Positions 26,034-38,600 of a stretch of DNA of 64,000 nucleotides are shown here, piece by piece. The stretch lies in NCBI RefSeq assembly GCF_030028105.1, contig NC_092376.1, positions 92,006,230 to 92,070,229 of the forward strand. The letters are read 5' to 3'. Source of the stretch: Mobula birostris. Its lineage: Eukaryota. Positions within the stretch are counted from its first letter, which is position 1; each line of letters begins with the position of its first letter. The position numbers and the translations under genes were made by a program. Below the pieces are notes generated by a model. It was not told the origin of the DNA. It saw nothing but the letters and a program-made list of their open reading frames with translations, and made no database searches.

Positions 26034-26380
26034 ATATAGCCATTCCGAACACATATAAAATACAGAAATCAATGTGTAAAACACCAGAAATATGCTAAAT
26101 TAAAAGAGGAAATTGAAAGACTATGGAACATGAACAGGGTATACATTGTCCCAATAGTAATATCTTCAACTGGTATCATCCCAAAGGTACTACACAATAA
26201 CATTAAACAATCAGGGCTACACAGAAATCTCTATGTAAATCTTCAGAAAGTCACAATAATAAACACCACTACAATAGTCCGAAAGCTCATAGTAATTGAG
26301 AAATGAGTGTGCTTCGCTGTGCCCGCACCTCAGCTTTTACCAGCTTGAGCTGAGAAATAATAATAATAATAAAAATAAAA
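26034..26380 (+). mobile_element. R4/Dong-clade non-LTR retrotransposon 3' end (restriction-like endonuclease) with (TAA)n tail
   Basis: DIAIPNT..KHQKYAKLKEEIERLWNMNRVYIVPIVISSTGIIPK..LQKVTIINTTTIVRK, then gagaaataataataataataa. Confidence 0.8.
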
Positions 26381-26406
26381 GTTTAGTTGTAGTTTACTCA
26401 TGAAAG

Positions 26407-27735
26407 TGTCATGGTCCGGTCTGTGAAGTCCGCATTCCAGTTTACGGTCCAGTCCGTGGACTCCGGACTCCAGGTCTACTGGCTGTCCCTTGTTTCAGTT
26501 GGGCTTAATCATAGGCACCTGATGCTCGTCTTGGGGCTGAGAATATAAGTGGCCCTGGGTTCGAGTGTGGTTGCTGGTTTGTCTTGTCAGTATCCTGTCC
26601 TCGTCTCTGTTGGGTAAGCCAGGCCGTCTTTGCCGTTACCCTGAGGCAGGACTGTTTCCTTCCCTTCCCCTTCCCTTCCTTCTGAGGCCTTTACCTGCAA
26701 CCTGTGTCTCGAGCCTTGCCCCGCAACCTGTGTCTCGAGCCTTGCCCCGCAACCTGTGTCTCGAGCCTTGCCCCGCAACCTGTGTCTGGAGCCCTGCCCT
26801 GCAACCTGGTCAAGTTCAACCACCGGAGTGAGACCAGAGCCTGTCGTGTCAAGATAAGGAACTGTCTATTGTTGAGTTGAAACTGTCTCTCTGTCCACGC
26901 CTTCACTTGGTAGGTCCGGCTGTTTGCCGCTCCTAGTGTTGGGAACCACCTGTGTCCAAGCTTCGCTAGGTAGGTCTGGCCGTTTGCTACTACCTAGTGT
27001 TGCGAACCATCTTGTCGTGTTTAGCGTTCTGTGTAGAGCCCCGGCCTCAAGTCCTGTTCCCAACACAAAGGGTCCTGGCTCTGTGTTCCATGTATGAATT
27101 CCAGCCCTATGTCCTGTTCTCAAGGAGGGATCCCGGCTCTGTGTTCCATGTCCCTGTGTTCCAGTCTCTCAAGTCTAAGGCTCTGTGTTCCTGTCCTCCC
27201 CAAGACCAAGTCAAGGCTTCCAGCATTGTGTTCCGAGGTTCCTGTCTCCCAAGACCATGCCATGTCTTCGCTTAGTTCCAGAGTCCAAGCTCGAATCAAG
27301 AGTCAGGTTTTGGGTCCTTATCCAGTCTCTGGCTTGGAGTCTGAACCCAAGTCTCATTATATCCTTGCCTCGAGGAACTCAAGCCTTAAGGAACCCAAGC
27401 CACGAAGAACCCAAGCCTCAAGGAACACAAGCCATGTCCAGTCCTGTAGCCACGTCATGTCCTTGTCTACATCTGGAGTCCAAGCCCGAGTCAAGACCCA
27501 GGTTCTGGGTCCTTGTCCAGTCTCTGGCTCGGAGTCTAAGCCCAGGCTCCTAGTTCCCAGTTCCTTGTTCTGGGCCCGCTTGCCTAGCCAATGTCCTAGC
27601 CCAAGTCTGTGTTCTTGTCCCAGCTCCTAGTCTGCATCCAGTCACGTTCCTAACTCTAGTCCTGTCCTGTTCCTAGTACTTCAGCGTCTGTGTCTTGCAT
27701 TTGGGTTCGCCTCCAGCACCCTTCCTCTTATGACA
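26407..27735. mobile_element. Solo LTR (1329 bp) with 5-bp TSD and internal tandem repeats
   Basis: Termini TGTCAT...ATGACA. GAAAG TSD at 26402-26406 and 27736-27740. 26-bp unit caacctgtgtctcgagccttgccccg x~4 at ~26698-26806. Confidence 0.88.
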
Positions 27736-28454
27736 GAAAGGTGTTGGGACCGCAATGCCATGGCCATATATACTCGCAAAAGGTTAGTGTTGGAGATATT
27801 GTGGTGCTCCAGGAGTTGTGGTTGACAGCCCACCTTAGCACTGCTAATGGCCAAAGCTGTTTATCGTTCCTTTTTAAATGCTTTCATGGGATTATGGTGA
27901 GATGTTCAAGTTCATTTATTGTTACATTTTAGCTTGGGTTATACAGGTATTCACTTGTATTGTAAAAATTACCTCCCCTGTCTGTATGAGACTGGTTGGG
28001 TTCTCTCTCCAGGTCTCAGCGCCCTGTCTGTTTTATATTTATCAGAATAAATACAGTGGTTGAGTCAAACGAGTTTCCTCATCTGTCATTATGGAACATT
28101 AGTGTCAGGAGGGGAGTCAAAAATTGACAGTGACATTGAAGAGATACGACATCAGATGGAATGCCTTAAGATGCAGGGAATAATTCCAGGGACCAAGCAG
28201 TATGCCTCTCCGCTTCCCCAGGCTGGGCTCCCAAAGATCCAGAGGGAGAACCTGGGAACTGTGCATTCCTAGGGAACCCTAATGGAGTGAATGTACCCAG
28301 GCTCCCTAACCCAGGGGACACAGTGGAGCACATCACCTACCTCCCTCATGGTCTGCACCGGGGAACCCAAGATATCACAGCTGTGGGAGCAAGGGCAACG
28401 TGGCAGGCACCATTGATGTCGCCAGAGCAAGAGGAAGACCTGGTCTGATCAGCT

Positions 28455-28966
28455 CACTACAGGAAGGATGTGGATACTATAGGGGGAGTGCAGGGGATAT
28501 TTACAAGGATGTTGCCTGGATTGGGGAGCATGCCTTATGAAAACAGGTTGAGTGAACTCGGCCTTTTCTCCTTGGAGCGACGGAGACTGAGAGGTGATCT
28601 GATAGAGGTGTATAAGGTAATGAGAGGCATTGATGGTGTGGATAGTCAGAGGCTATCCCAGGGCTGAAACGGCTAGCATGAGAGAGCACAGTTTTAAGGT
28701 GCTTGGAAGTAGGTACAGAAGGGATGTCAGAGGTAAGTTTTTCACACATACTGAGAGGTGGGTGCATGGAATGCACTGCAGGCGATGGTGGTGGAGGCGG
28801 ATATGATGGGGTCTTTTAAGAGACAGTTAGATACGTACATGGAGCTTAGAAAAACAGAGGACTATGCAGTAGGGTAATTCTGGGCAGCTTCTGGAGTACG
28901 TTACATGATTGGTACAACATTGTGGGCTGAAGGGCCTGTAATGAGCTGTAGATTTCTGTTTCTATG
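28455..28966 (+). mobile_element. CR1 3' fragment inserted in the Gypsy gag
   Basis: FTRMLPGL..LERRRLRGDLIEVYK. Tail tttctgtttctatg. Confidence 0.9.
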
Positions 28967-31900
28967 TAAGAGCAACAGGCTTCAGCAAATTCATGTCACA
29001 AGGTCCACCCCGAAGCTCCCGATACAGCGGTACCAACTGCCTGGAGCCTTACCTGGCGCAAGTCAAACTTGCCGCATGGCACAAGGGGTGCAGCCCCACC
29101 AAGATGGCATTACACCCTGCCCTGGCACTGGAGGGAGTTGCCCTGCGGGCCCTTCTCAACCTAATGCCGGTGGAGCAGCGTGACTACAGGGCCCTCGTAG
29201 TGGCGATCGAGCGGCGTCTTGAGCAGAGGCTGTTGGCAGAAGCAATGAGGGAAGAACTGTGCAGCAGACGGCGCCATGTGGGAGAGAGCCTGGGGTCACT
29301 AGAAGCAGATCTCCGCCACTGTGCTCGGCACGGCACGGCTATCCCCAGTTCCCTCCCGCGGCCCAGGAAGAGCTTACCCTCCATGCGTTTGTAAAGGCCC
29401 TGACACCAGAGTGCCTTCGGCAGCATGTTCACCATCATCGCTGGACAAGGTGCTGGCCGAGGCAGAGAGGGCAGCAGCAACTTTAACCTCAGCATCGCCC
29501 AAATCCTCCAGAAGAATCCCTCCATTGTCCCCCCTCTGGGCGAAGAGCAAGGCTTATACGTGAACTGTGTGGTAGAGGGCAACAGGACCAGCGGCAGCAG
29601 CTGTAGGACCTACCGGACCAGCACATCGACATCGCAGCCAAGGATAAGGGCTGCAGAGACACAGGGCTGCTCCAACACCACATTAACATCGGGGATGCCT
29701 GACCCATCTGCATGCAGCCCCATTGCCAGGCCCTCACCAAACACCAGGCATTGGAGCAGCGGATCAAAGAGATGGAGAACTGGCATCACTGAGCATTCCG
29801 AGAGCCCGTGGGCAGCTCCAGCAGTGTTAGTCAGGGAGGAAGACAGGCCGTGGTAGTTCTGTGTAGACTACCGCTGTCTCAATGCTGTGACCTAGAAGGA
29901 CTCCTACCCACTGTCCCAAATTGATGATGCCCTGCAACTGTATAGTGGGTTTGACCTGGTTCAGCTCTCTCCATCTCTGCAATGGCTACTGGTAGGTCGA
30001 ACTAACACCAAGACCAAGACTGCCTTCACCACTGGTCAAGGGCTGGCATTTCCGGGTAATGCTATTTGGCCTGTGTAAGGCCCTGGCCACATTTGAGAGA
30101 CTGATGGAGGTGATGGCGCCCAGTCTGCAGAGTCACTGTGTCATCTATCTGGATGATCTCCTGGTGTACGCTGCCATTTTTGATGATGCCCTGTGGAACT
30201 TGGAAAGGCCTTCACCTCCATCGCCAGGTGAACCTACAGCTCAACCCGCATAGTGCTGCCTGCCACACCATCAGTCGAAGTTCCTGGGGCACATGGTGAG
30301 TGTGGGACAACTGCTAACTGGCCCTGAGAAGGTGGCAGCATTCAAGGAAAGGCCCACCCTCCACAATGTCTCTGAGCTTCCTGGGGCTGCCATCATCCTA
30401 CTGCGGGTTTATTCAGGACTTCGTCACCATCGCCACTTCCCTGCACCAGCTCTCCGAGAAGGAGAGTTCGTTCGTCTGGCCAACATCTTCGCTGCTGCAT
30501 TCAACCAGCTCTGAGCTGCGATCACCCAGGTCCCAGTGCTGGTGTACCGTACCCCAATCCAGCAAGCCCCTTCATTGTTGATACAAATGTCTGTAATGGG
30601 GGGTGCGGTGTAGTGCTGTCACAGGAGGGGTCTATGGAAAACACGTTGTGGCATACTTCAGTCACACCCTGAGTTGCACTGAACGGAACTATTGTGTCAC
30701 CCGCTGGGAGCTCCTGGGCATGGACCACTTCCACCAATGGTTGCTGCTTCGTATGGACCATGAGTCGCAAGGGGTTGTTGTTCCAGCGATGGCAGTTTCC
30801 CCGATGGTGACAGACAACTCCAGCAGCTGGTGGTCCCCCAAGGGATCCGCGCCACGGTGCTGCGGTCAGTGCAGATGGGTCAGGCATCCCCGATGTTAAT
30901 GTGGTGTTGGAACAGCCCTGTATCTCTGCAGCCCGGGAGCCGGCTATTTTGGAGTTGCAAAAATTTGGGGCAAACTGCATTTACGTTTCTACTGGCCTGG
31001 GTACAGGCAGGACATGGAGCTGTTCGTGCACCACTCCGACACCTGCACGTCCCAGAAGGGGCCGGGCTGCCAGTCTAGGGTGCCGATTCAGCAGTACCTG
31101 ATGGGAGTCCCAATGGAGTGCGTAGGAGTGGATATCCTTGGCCCCTTCCCTCACACTGACACTGGGAACGTGGCCATGGATTACTTCACAAAGTGGCCAG
31201 AGGTATACGCAGTCCTAGAGCAGAGTACCACTACTACCACTGAGAGAATCATGGGGGATTTCATCTGCCATTACTGCATCCCTGAGGAACTCACAGTGAC
31301 CAGGGTGCAACTTTGAGGTTCAAGTGTTTGGTGAGGTCTGCATGCGGCTGGGAATATCACCAAACTGCAGACCACCCCGTTCACCCACAAAGTCATGGGC
31401 TGGTGTGGTGCTTTAACCACACCCTGGCTATGCAGCTTTCCACCCTTGTTACCGGCCCCAGTGTGATTGGGAACACCACCTACCCCATGAATTATGGGTT
31501 ACTGGGCAACAGTTTAGGTGTTCGCCGGATGTGCCCATGCTTGGGCCCCTTTCCCTCTCCCAAGCCGGAGATTCCTGAGGAGGCCGGGTTGGAGTACCTG
31601 CCGCACCTTAGGGGGCATCTGTGGGGTATTCACAATGCAGCTCAGCGGAACCAAAGCTCAGCCAGCGGACATCAAAAATGGGTTTATGGGGACAGGACGT
31701 TACTGGGGTGGGGGAGGGAAGGAAACAGAATGGTTGTACTGCCCCTCCAAGAAAAAGGAACTGTCGACTAAACTGGGAAGCCACTGTAAGAGGCCGGGAG
31801 AGGTGCTGAACGGCACCTCCAATGTGGTATATCAGTCCGGTTGCTTGAGGCCGTCGTGCTGCACCAGGACCAGCTGGTGTTGCATTGGTCCTTGGCAACC

Positions 31901-32215
31901 ACCCACCCAGCAAGGCTGAAAGAAGGAAGTGAGACTCCTAGTACCCTGCCTCTTGCATCACCAAACAGTGCCTCCTCAGAGGACGGGGAGGCTCCAGAAA
32001 CCCCCCAACGCCTCAGGTAGCAGTGTCGACCACCACCAGAAATTTTGGATTTTGTTGTGGACTCTGGGGTTGTTGGGGACGGCTGACCCCTCAGGTGGGG
32101 GTAGTGAGGCACTCGGGGGGGGGTGGCGTGGCCAACAGCCCACCCCAGCTTTCCTAATGACCAGCACTGTGTATTGTTCTTCTGTTAAAATGCTTTTGTG
32201 GGATTATGGTGAGAT

Positions 32216-32584
32216 AAAAACATAGAAACATAAAAATCTACAGCACATTACAGGCCCTTCAGCCCACTATGTTGTGCTGACAATGTAACCTACTCTAGAA
32301 ACTGCCTAGAATTTCCCTTTTTCTAAGCTCCATGTACTTATCTAAGAGTCTCATAAAATACCCTATTGTATCTGCCTGTACCACCTTCACCTGCAGTGCA
32401 TTCCACGCACCCACCATTTTGCGTGAAAAACTTGCCCCTGGCATCCCCCTTGTACCCACTTTCAAGCACCTTAAAACTATGCCCCCTCATGTTAGCCATT
32501 TCAGCCCTGGGAAAAAGCCTCTGACTATCCACACCATCAATGCCTCTCATCTTGTACACCTCTATCAGGTCACCTCTCATCCTC
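32216..32584 (-). mobile_element. CR1 3' fragment inserted in the Gypsy 3' LTR (same subfamily as 28455-28966)
   Basis: Tail aaacatagaaacat. MRGDLIEVYKMRGIDGVDSQRLFPR. Confidence 0.9.
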
Positions 32585-33329
32585 TGTTGAGTTCATTTAT
32601 TATTACATTTTAGCTTGGGTTATACAGTCATTCACTTGTGAGTGTGTGGGTGTCCCTGACTGTCACCGGGGTGTGTGATAATCACCTCCCCCTCTGGATG
32701 TGACTGAGCTGTTCTCTCCCCGGGTCATCATGTCTGGTCTGTTTTAGTGTTTATCACAATAAAAACGGTTGTTGAGTTAAATAAGCTTCCTGTCTGTCAT
32801 TATGAACCAAATGCTCAACACAATATTTTTAAAATACGTCCAGCAGTGGATGTTGGATGTGCACCGACTTGGACTGGGGTTTAACATGAAGTCAGGACCA
32901 TTTCTTTCAAGTTTATGTTCAAGTTTATTTTAATGCAACCATATACATGTATAGATTAGATTAGGTTCAACTTTATTGTCATTGCGCTGAGTACAGATAC
33001 AAAGCCAATGAAATACATCTAAATGAATCATTATTGCTGTGTTCTGGGTGGGGGCAAGACACAGCACATAGAGTTACGATGCAGCTCATACACTCACAGA
33101 ATAATATTAACACCAGGGGCATGGCCTGAAGAGTGACAGGTTGACATTAAATTTATGTAAGACAGTGTAATGTTACTGGCACCATTGTAATAAAACAAGC
33201 AGTCGTGTAAAAATATGTGAAACAGCAGCAATAGAAGATGAGAAGTGAGTAGTGCAGGATGACAGGATGAGAGTGTGCCTGTTAGTTGGGGAAAGGTTGG
33301 GGGCATTCGGATCTGCAGGACATTGAGAA

Positions 33330-33858
33330 AATTTTTAAAAATAAACATTTGTTAAGTAATTTTCTGCACTATTGTTTACCCCAATAATTACATTCAACTC
33401 TATTAACTTTAATCTGCTCCCATAAAGTATTTGCAAAATAGAAGAAAAAGCTCATTCAAATGCTAATGATATTTGCTACAAATAGTTCAGCAAGTGCCGA
33501 TTATTCATCTTTCTGAAGCAGTGTGCTCTGCTGGCTATAAGAGTCGCACTGCAGCTTCAGGTGCTCTAATTCCGAAAGCTGAGCTGTCAACCAATTAATT
33601 CTTTCCTCTTGTAAAAATGTGAGATTAGAGCATCGCCAATCAATTGTATTATAATAGCACGTCTGGTAGTTCAGGTTCAGGACTGACTGGAGCTACTGGC
33701 ACCTGCAAAGTGTTTGTATCCAATCTCCTTGAAGTGATACATATTGAAGAAAACAAAGCTGTGCTTGGCTCACCAAGTGACATATTGTTTAGTCATGGAA
33801 GCTGTACTGTGGGAGAAGATTGGAACTGTGTGATGGCAACATTTTGAATTGGGGAAAA
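33330..33858 (+). promoter_or_regulatory. MYO16: Probable MYO16 promoter / 5' UTR of the first coding exon
   Basis: Repeat-free DNA directly upstream of the ATG. The TSS cannot be determined. Two short uORFs lie at 33795-33847. Confidence 0.5.
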
Positions 33859-33886
33859 ATGTCCCATTACCATTTCATTAAAGGCT
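33859..33886 (+). CDS. MYO16: Myosin XVI first coding exon (MSHYHFIKG + first base of Cys codon)
   Basis: ATG TCC CAT TAC CAT TTC ATT AAA GGC T|GTAAGT, a perfect phase-1 donor. Matches the recalled long human isoform start [18 protein letters not shown] and splices in frame to 56158. Confidence 0.92.
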
Positions 33887-35326
33887 GTAAGTATTGATAC
33901 ATTTTTTTCTAATAAATGCTTCTCTTTCTGTGTTTTATATATATGCCTTTTAATAGATGTCTAATCATTCAGCAAGAGCTACTATGGAATTTTTAAACTT
34001 TAAAAAGTGACAAAATAACTGGGAATGTTATGATCAATTATGTTGCCCTGACTTAAGTTATTTTCATTTTAATGACATGTGTGCTCAGTGCTGTGTTAGA
34101 TGCTCGGAAACATGAGCTACTGAACTGCAGGATGTTAAAACAATCTGCTTTAATTCCTTCTATTCAGTTGTGGAAAAAATCTGCAATATGTTTTAAAAAA
34201 TATTCCATTGTTTTTCATTTAAAATGATAATAGATTAAGATTTGTCCATAAGTAGGTTTCAGGAACATAAGGCGATTTCCTTCAAATTGATGTTCAGTCT
34301 CTTTAAATCGCAGTTCATCCTAAAGGAATGACTCAGATTTGTTCAACGTGAGTGAAATGAAGGATTTGCAAGCTTTTATCGTTTACAGCATTTCTGCTCT
34401 ATTGCAGAGCTTTTATTAGCCACTGCAATGACCAACTTGAATTGGGAATCTTTGTTTCCATTGTTACAGCTTTATCTCTGACCAGTACTTGTTAAGCATT
34501 TTTGATAGTATTATGGTTTGCATTTTAACTCCAGTGTTGCTAACTATGTAAACCACTAGATGTGGGTGAAATTAATCTTAGGTTGTGCACCATATTGCAT
34601 TTCTAAACCTGCCGCTTGTATCATCAAGTTTGAGGAGTGCTTTGTGAAAATAACGAGTAGAAGAAATATTCAGCCAGCAATTATTTTTGAAAGGGATATA
34701 TTTTCTTAAAGTTCCTTTTTGACGATCGCACAATAGCATAGATCATGCTGCTGAACATAGTGCAATGATGCTAACTCTGCAGGAAGTCATAGATTAATAG
34801 GTCAGGCCACAAAATTGTGCGGTGCTCTGCAAATAATTAGAAGCATTCATGGGTGGATCTGCAAAAAAAGGCACAAAACAGCTTTTAATAACTAGGTATT
34901 TTCTTTAAATCTGACTGGAATTGATGGCAAGTAGTGTTTACTAATCTATTGACATCAAAGAACTCTTGCAGGGTAGGTGGAGAGAGGGAGGAAATGCATC
35001 TATAAGAGTCCTTTTATTTAGGATGCTGAATGGAACATGTTCAGAATATCTTTTGTACACTGACAGAGGGAGTTGCTTCCCTGAATAATGAAACAGCAGG
35101 AGCTTCTTGTTTCTGATTAAGTTAGATGATGCCACTCTCCAAACTCCTGGCTGCTAGAGCAAAATAGGATCTAAAATAGTACAATAGGGAAAATTCAACT
35201 TCACTCACTGGCAAGCATTTTGAACAATTGCATTTCCCTACCTGCAATTTGAATGTATTTGAATCAGACTTAAAGCTTACAATTTGTGGGAAACGTAACA
35301 ATGAAAACAACTGCTAATTATTGATG

Positions 35327-35680
35327 TTAGTCAAGATTGTTTAATGTCTCACAAGTGTAAAGGAGAATGATGCAGCACAAAAATACATGAAAGATAAAGA
35401 ACATAATGATACTGAAAAAGCAGGTATGCAGCTTGTCAGGATGCTCTACTGTGCATCTGTAGAATGATGTGAGTATGGATGTGCAAAGTGCAGATCTCTT
35501 CAACCTCCTCACAAAGCAGAGGCATTGGTGAGCTTTCCTGACTGTGTAGGATGTGATCTGGGGCCATGAGAGGTTGTGTGTGATGTACACTTCCAGGAAT
35601 TTGAAACTGCCCTCAGTTTCCACTGGTGTGACGCTGATGTCAAGTTGGGTGTGAGTTCTCCTGAAATTGATTACCATCTC
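35327..35680 (-). mobile_element. L2 LINE, 3' part (split by Gypsy)
   Basis: MVINFRRTH..SFKFLEVYITHNLSW..RKAHQCLCFVRRLK. In frame with 39381-39700 across the TSD. Confidence 0.88.
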
Positions 35681-38600
35681 TGTTATGTTTTATAACTCCA
35701 AAATATAAAACTAATTGAAGGGAAACACAGGGATACTGGGAGAGTGTGTACTGAGTTCTTTACTTTAGTGATATGCTCACTTATGGTGTGGTGGCATGAT
35801 GATGTATGCCGTTCACTTAACTTTTACAGATAAATCGTAATGAATCATGTTATCAGCTAAGAATGCTTTAATCAAACAATATATTTACAATATTGCTAAA
35901 GTATATAGTACAACTATGATATACCTATATACACATCCATAGCATAGTAAATTCTAAATTGTCCCACTTGGGCCTAAGGATTTAATCGTTGTGGAGGGTG
36001 TCTTACTCTTGTAGGATAACATCATTCCTGATAAGCTGAGTTACTCTGCTTGGCAGGTGAGACTTACGGCTGTGGAATAATCTCAGGTTCTAAGATCTCC
36101 ATGGTGGTTGTAGGAGTTGACTCCTGGATTGCAGGAAGTGGTTCTGACAGCTCTGGATGTGTTGGCACCCTGAACATTGGATGGCAAGCTATTCAATCTG
36201 ATGATCTATCTCAGGCCGGCAAACAAAGCTTTGAGCCAACACTTGCATTTTGGCCATCCCTAGATAACCAGCATGTAGTTCTTCCAACAATCTAGCTCTC
36301 AGCTTGGATGGTACAACAACTCGCAATCCTCACATAAGGCAAAGCCCATCAAGGGCAAGTTCCTCCTGGTGCTGGTAGAAATGGTGGAACTGGAGTTTCT
36401 GCTGCACATTTTGGGCGGCCATATAGACCTGAGACAGTGTGGGGTCTTTTCTAGTTTTCCTTTTGATTATCTCTGCCATAATAGGGGTGTTTCGATTTGC
36501 ATCAGGGAGAATACGTCAAGAGGAGTGTCCTCTTTTGTAAATATTTCAAGTATTTTCATTCGTAAGAGTAAACAGGCAATCCATCAGCATTCCATTTTAG
36601 TTGTCTTCCTGAATTGTTCCCTCCAAGAAATAGCTAATAGTGGAACACATTTCTGTGGATTGAAAATGGACACTAGTGGTCAATGATCAGTAATGAGGGT
36701 AAATTCTCTCCCATACAAGTACTGGTTGAAATGATTTACACACCAAACCAATTCAAGGCCTCTCTGTGCTTCATTTTTCTCAGCAGCGGTCAGGTTCATG
36801 ATACAAAGGCTATAGGGCATTCAGGTTCGTCACTCATTCCATGACATTACTGCACCTAGACCATAAGGTGAGGTGTCACAAGCAAGCTACAATGAACGAT
36901 GTGGATTATAATGTGTGAGTACTATGTCTGACATCACCCTTTCCTTTGCCTTTTGGAAAGCCATCTCACACTGCTTTGTCCATTGTCATTTCTTCCTGCT
37001 GAGTACTAATCAGTTCAAGGGGTACAGCATAGTAGTTAGGTTTGGCAGGAACCTATTATAGTAATTTACACATCCTAAAAAGGACTGCAGCTGTGGCATG
37101 TCATTTCACCTTGGGGCATCCACCACTGCTTGAATTTTCTGAGCACACTTGTGTAAACGTGTGTCAATGATGTGACCACAGTAAGTGATGCTTCGTTTAA
37201 TGAATACACATTTGTTGTATCATGCTCTGAGCCGAGAAACTTCAAATCTTTTTAACACTGTCTTCAGATTTTGGAGATGTTCCTTGTCATCCTCACCTGT
37301 AACAATGATGTCACCCAGGTAACACTGAGTGTCTGGGCAGCCTTGCATCAGCTGGTCCATAGCTTGCTGCCAGAGTGCAGGTGCAGATATACTCCAAAAA
37401 TAAGCCTATTATAGTGATACAGCCCTTTGTGAGTGTTTATAGTTGGCAAGACTTTAGACTCCTTTCCCATCTCCATTTGTAGGTAGGCCTCAACTAAGTC
37501 CACTTTGCTGAAGTGTTTTCCTCCTGAAAGGTTTGCAAAGGTATCCACTATCCTGGGCAAAGAGTACTGGGTTGATGGTGATCTTAAAACCGGCACAGAT
37601 CCTGACAGACCCATTGTTCTTGGCCACTGGTGTTGCCTATGGGCTCCACTCAACCTTGGAAAGAATTCCTTCACCCTTCATGTGATCTAGCTCACCAACT
37701 ATGGTATAAGGAACCAAACTGGCTTTGTAAAACTTAGGTGTGGCATTTTCATTTAATGCTTTTGTGCCCTTGATATGTTTGAGTTTTCCAGTCCCATGTT
37801 TGAACACTGTTGTGGCATCATCCAGTGCCTTTCTTCATTCACTTTCAATTGCAGGGAATGTGGCATGCAAATGGTGGATGGATCTCCAGTCAAGATGTAG
37901 TTGTGTCAGCCAATCACAGCCCCACAATTCTGGCAACAATGTGGCTTGTTTGTTTTGTATTTCTCTGTTACAATGTCATTCCCATGGGCGATATCTTTTC
38001 TCCAGTATAAGTTCTTAGTTGGATATTTGCAGGCTTCAGTTCAGTATCTTTGAAATGTCATTTAAACTAATTTTGTGGAATGTCTGAAACAGTCGAGCCA
38101 GTGTCCAATTCCATTTTAATCAATTTGGCAGTCACTTCCGGTGTAAGCCATATTGCTTGTCTATTGTTAGTTTTCACATGTAAATCTTAAGGCTGCTCAA
38201 TCTTGTATAACTCTCATATCTGTCAGATTTTTAGTCAACAGCATGGAGGTTGGTGCTCATTTTCAAACCACAATATGGCTTTTTATCTTTTTCCTTTCCC
38301 TGTGCAGTCCATTTATTTCTATTTGCCTGACATGTTCTTGGCATGTGTCCTACTTTGTTGCATTTTCTGCAAGTTTGGCCTTTAAAACTGCATTGGTCTT
38401 ATGTATGTGTACCCCTGTCACAACGGTAACACAACTTGTTCATCTGAACAGGTTTCTGTTTAGACATTACAATTTTGTTCTTGTTCACTTTCATTCCTGA
38501 CTGCAAATCAATTGGTCTCTGGCTGCTGTTTCTATTGAAATAGGAATTTCAACTGCTCCTTTAAATGAGTTGTGTTTCAATTGGAAGCCATTTTTGTATG

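Larger units (their letters stand above)
27800..32809 (+). mobile_element. Old, degenerate Gypsy provirus with both LTRs (27800-28098; 32105-32809), PBS and gag/pol remnants
   Basis: The LTRs share gggattatggtgagat, ttacattttagcttgggttatacag and ctgtcattatg. tRNA-Leu-like PBS ttagtgtcaggagggg. SPWAAPAVLV, YLDD, ERNYCVTRWELL, VDILGPFP..DYFTKWPEV. Confidence 0.9.
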
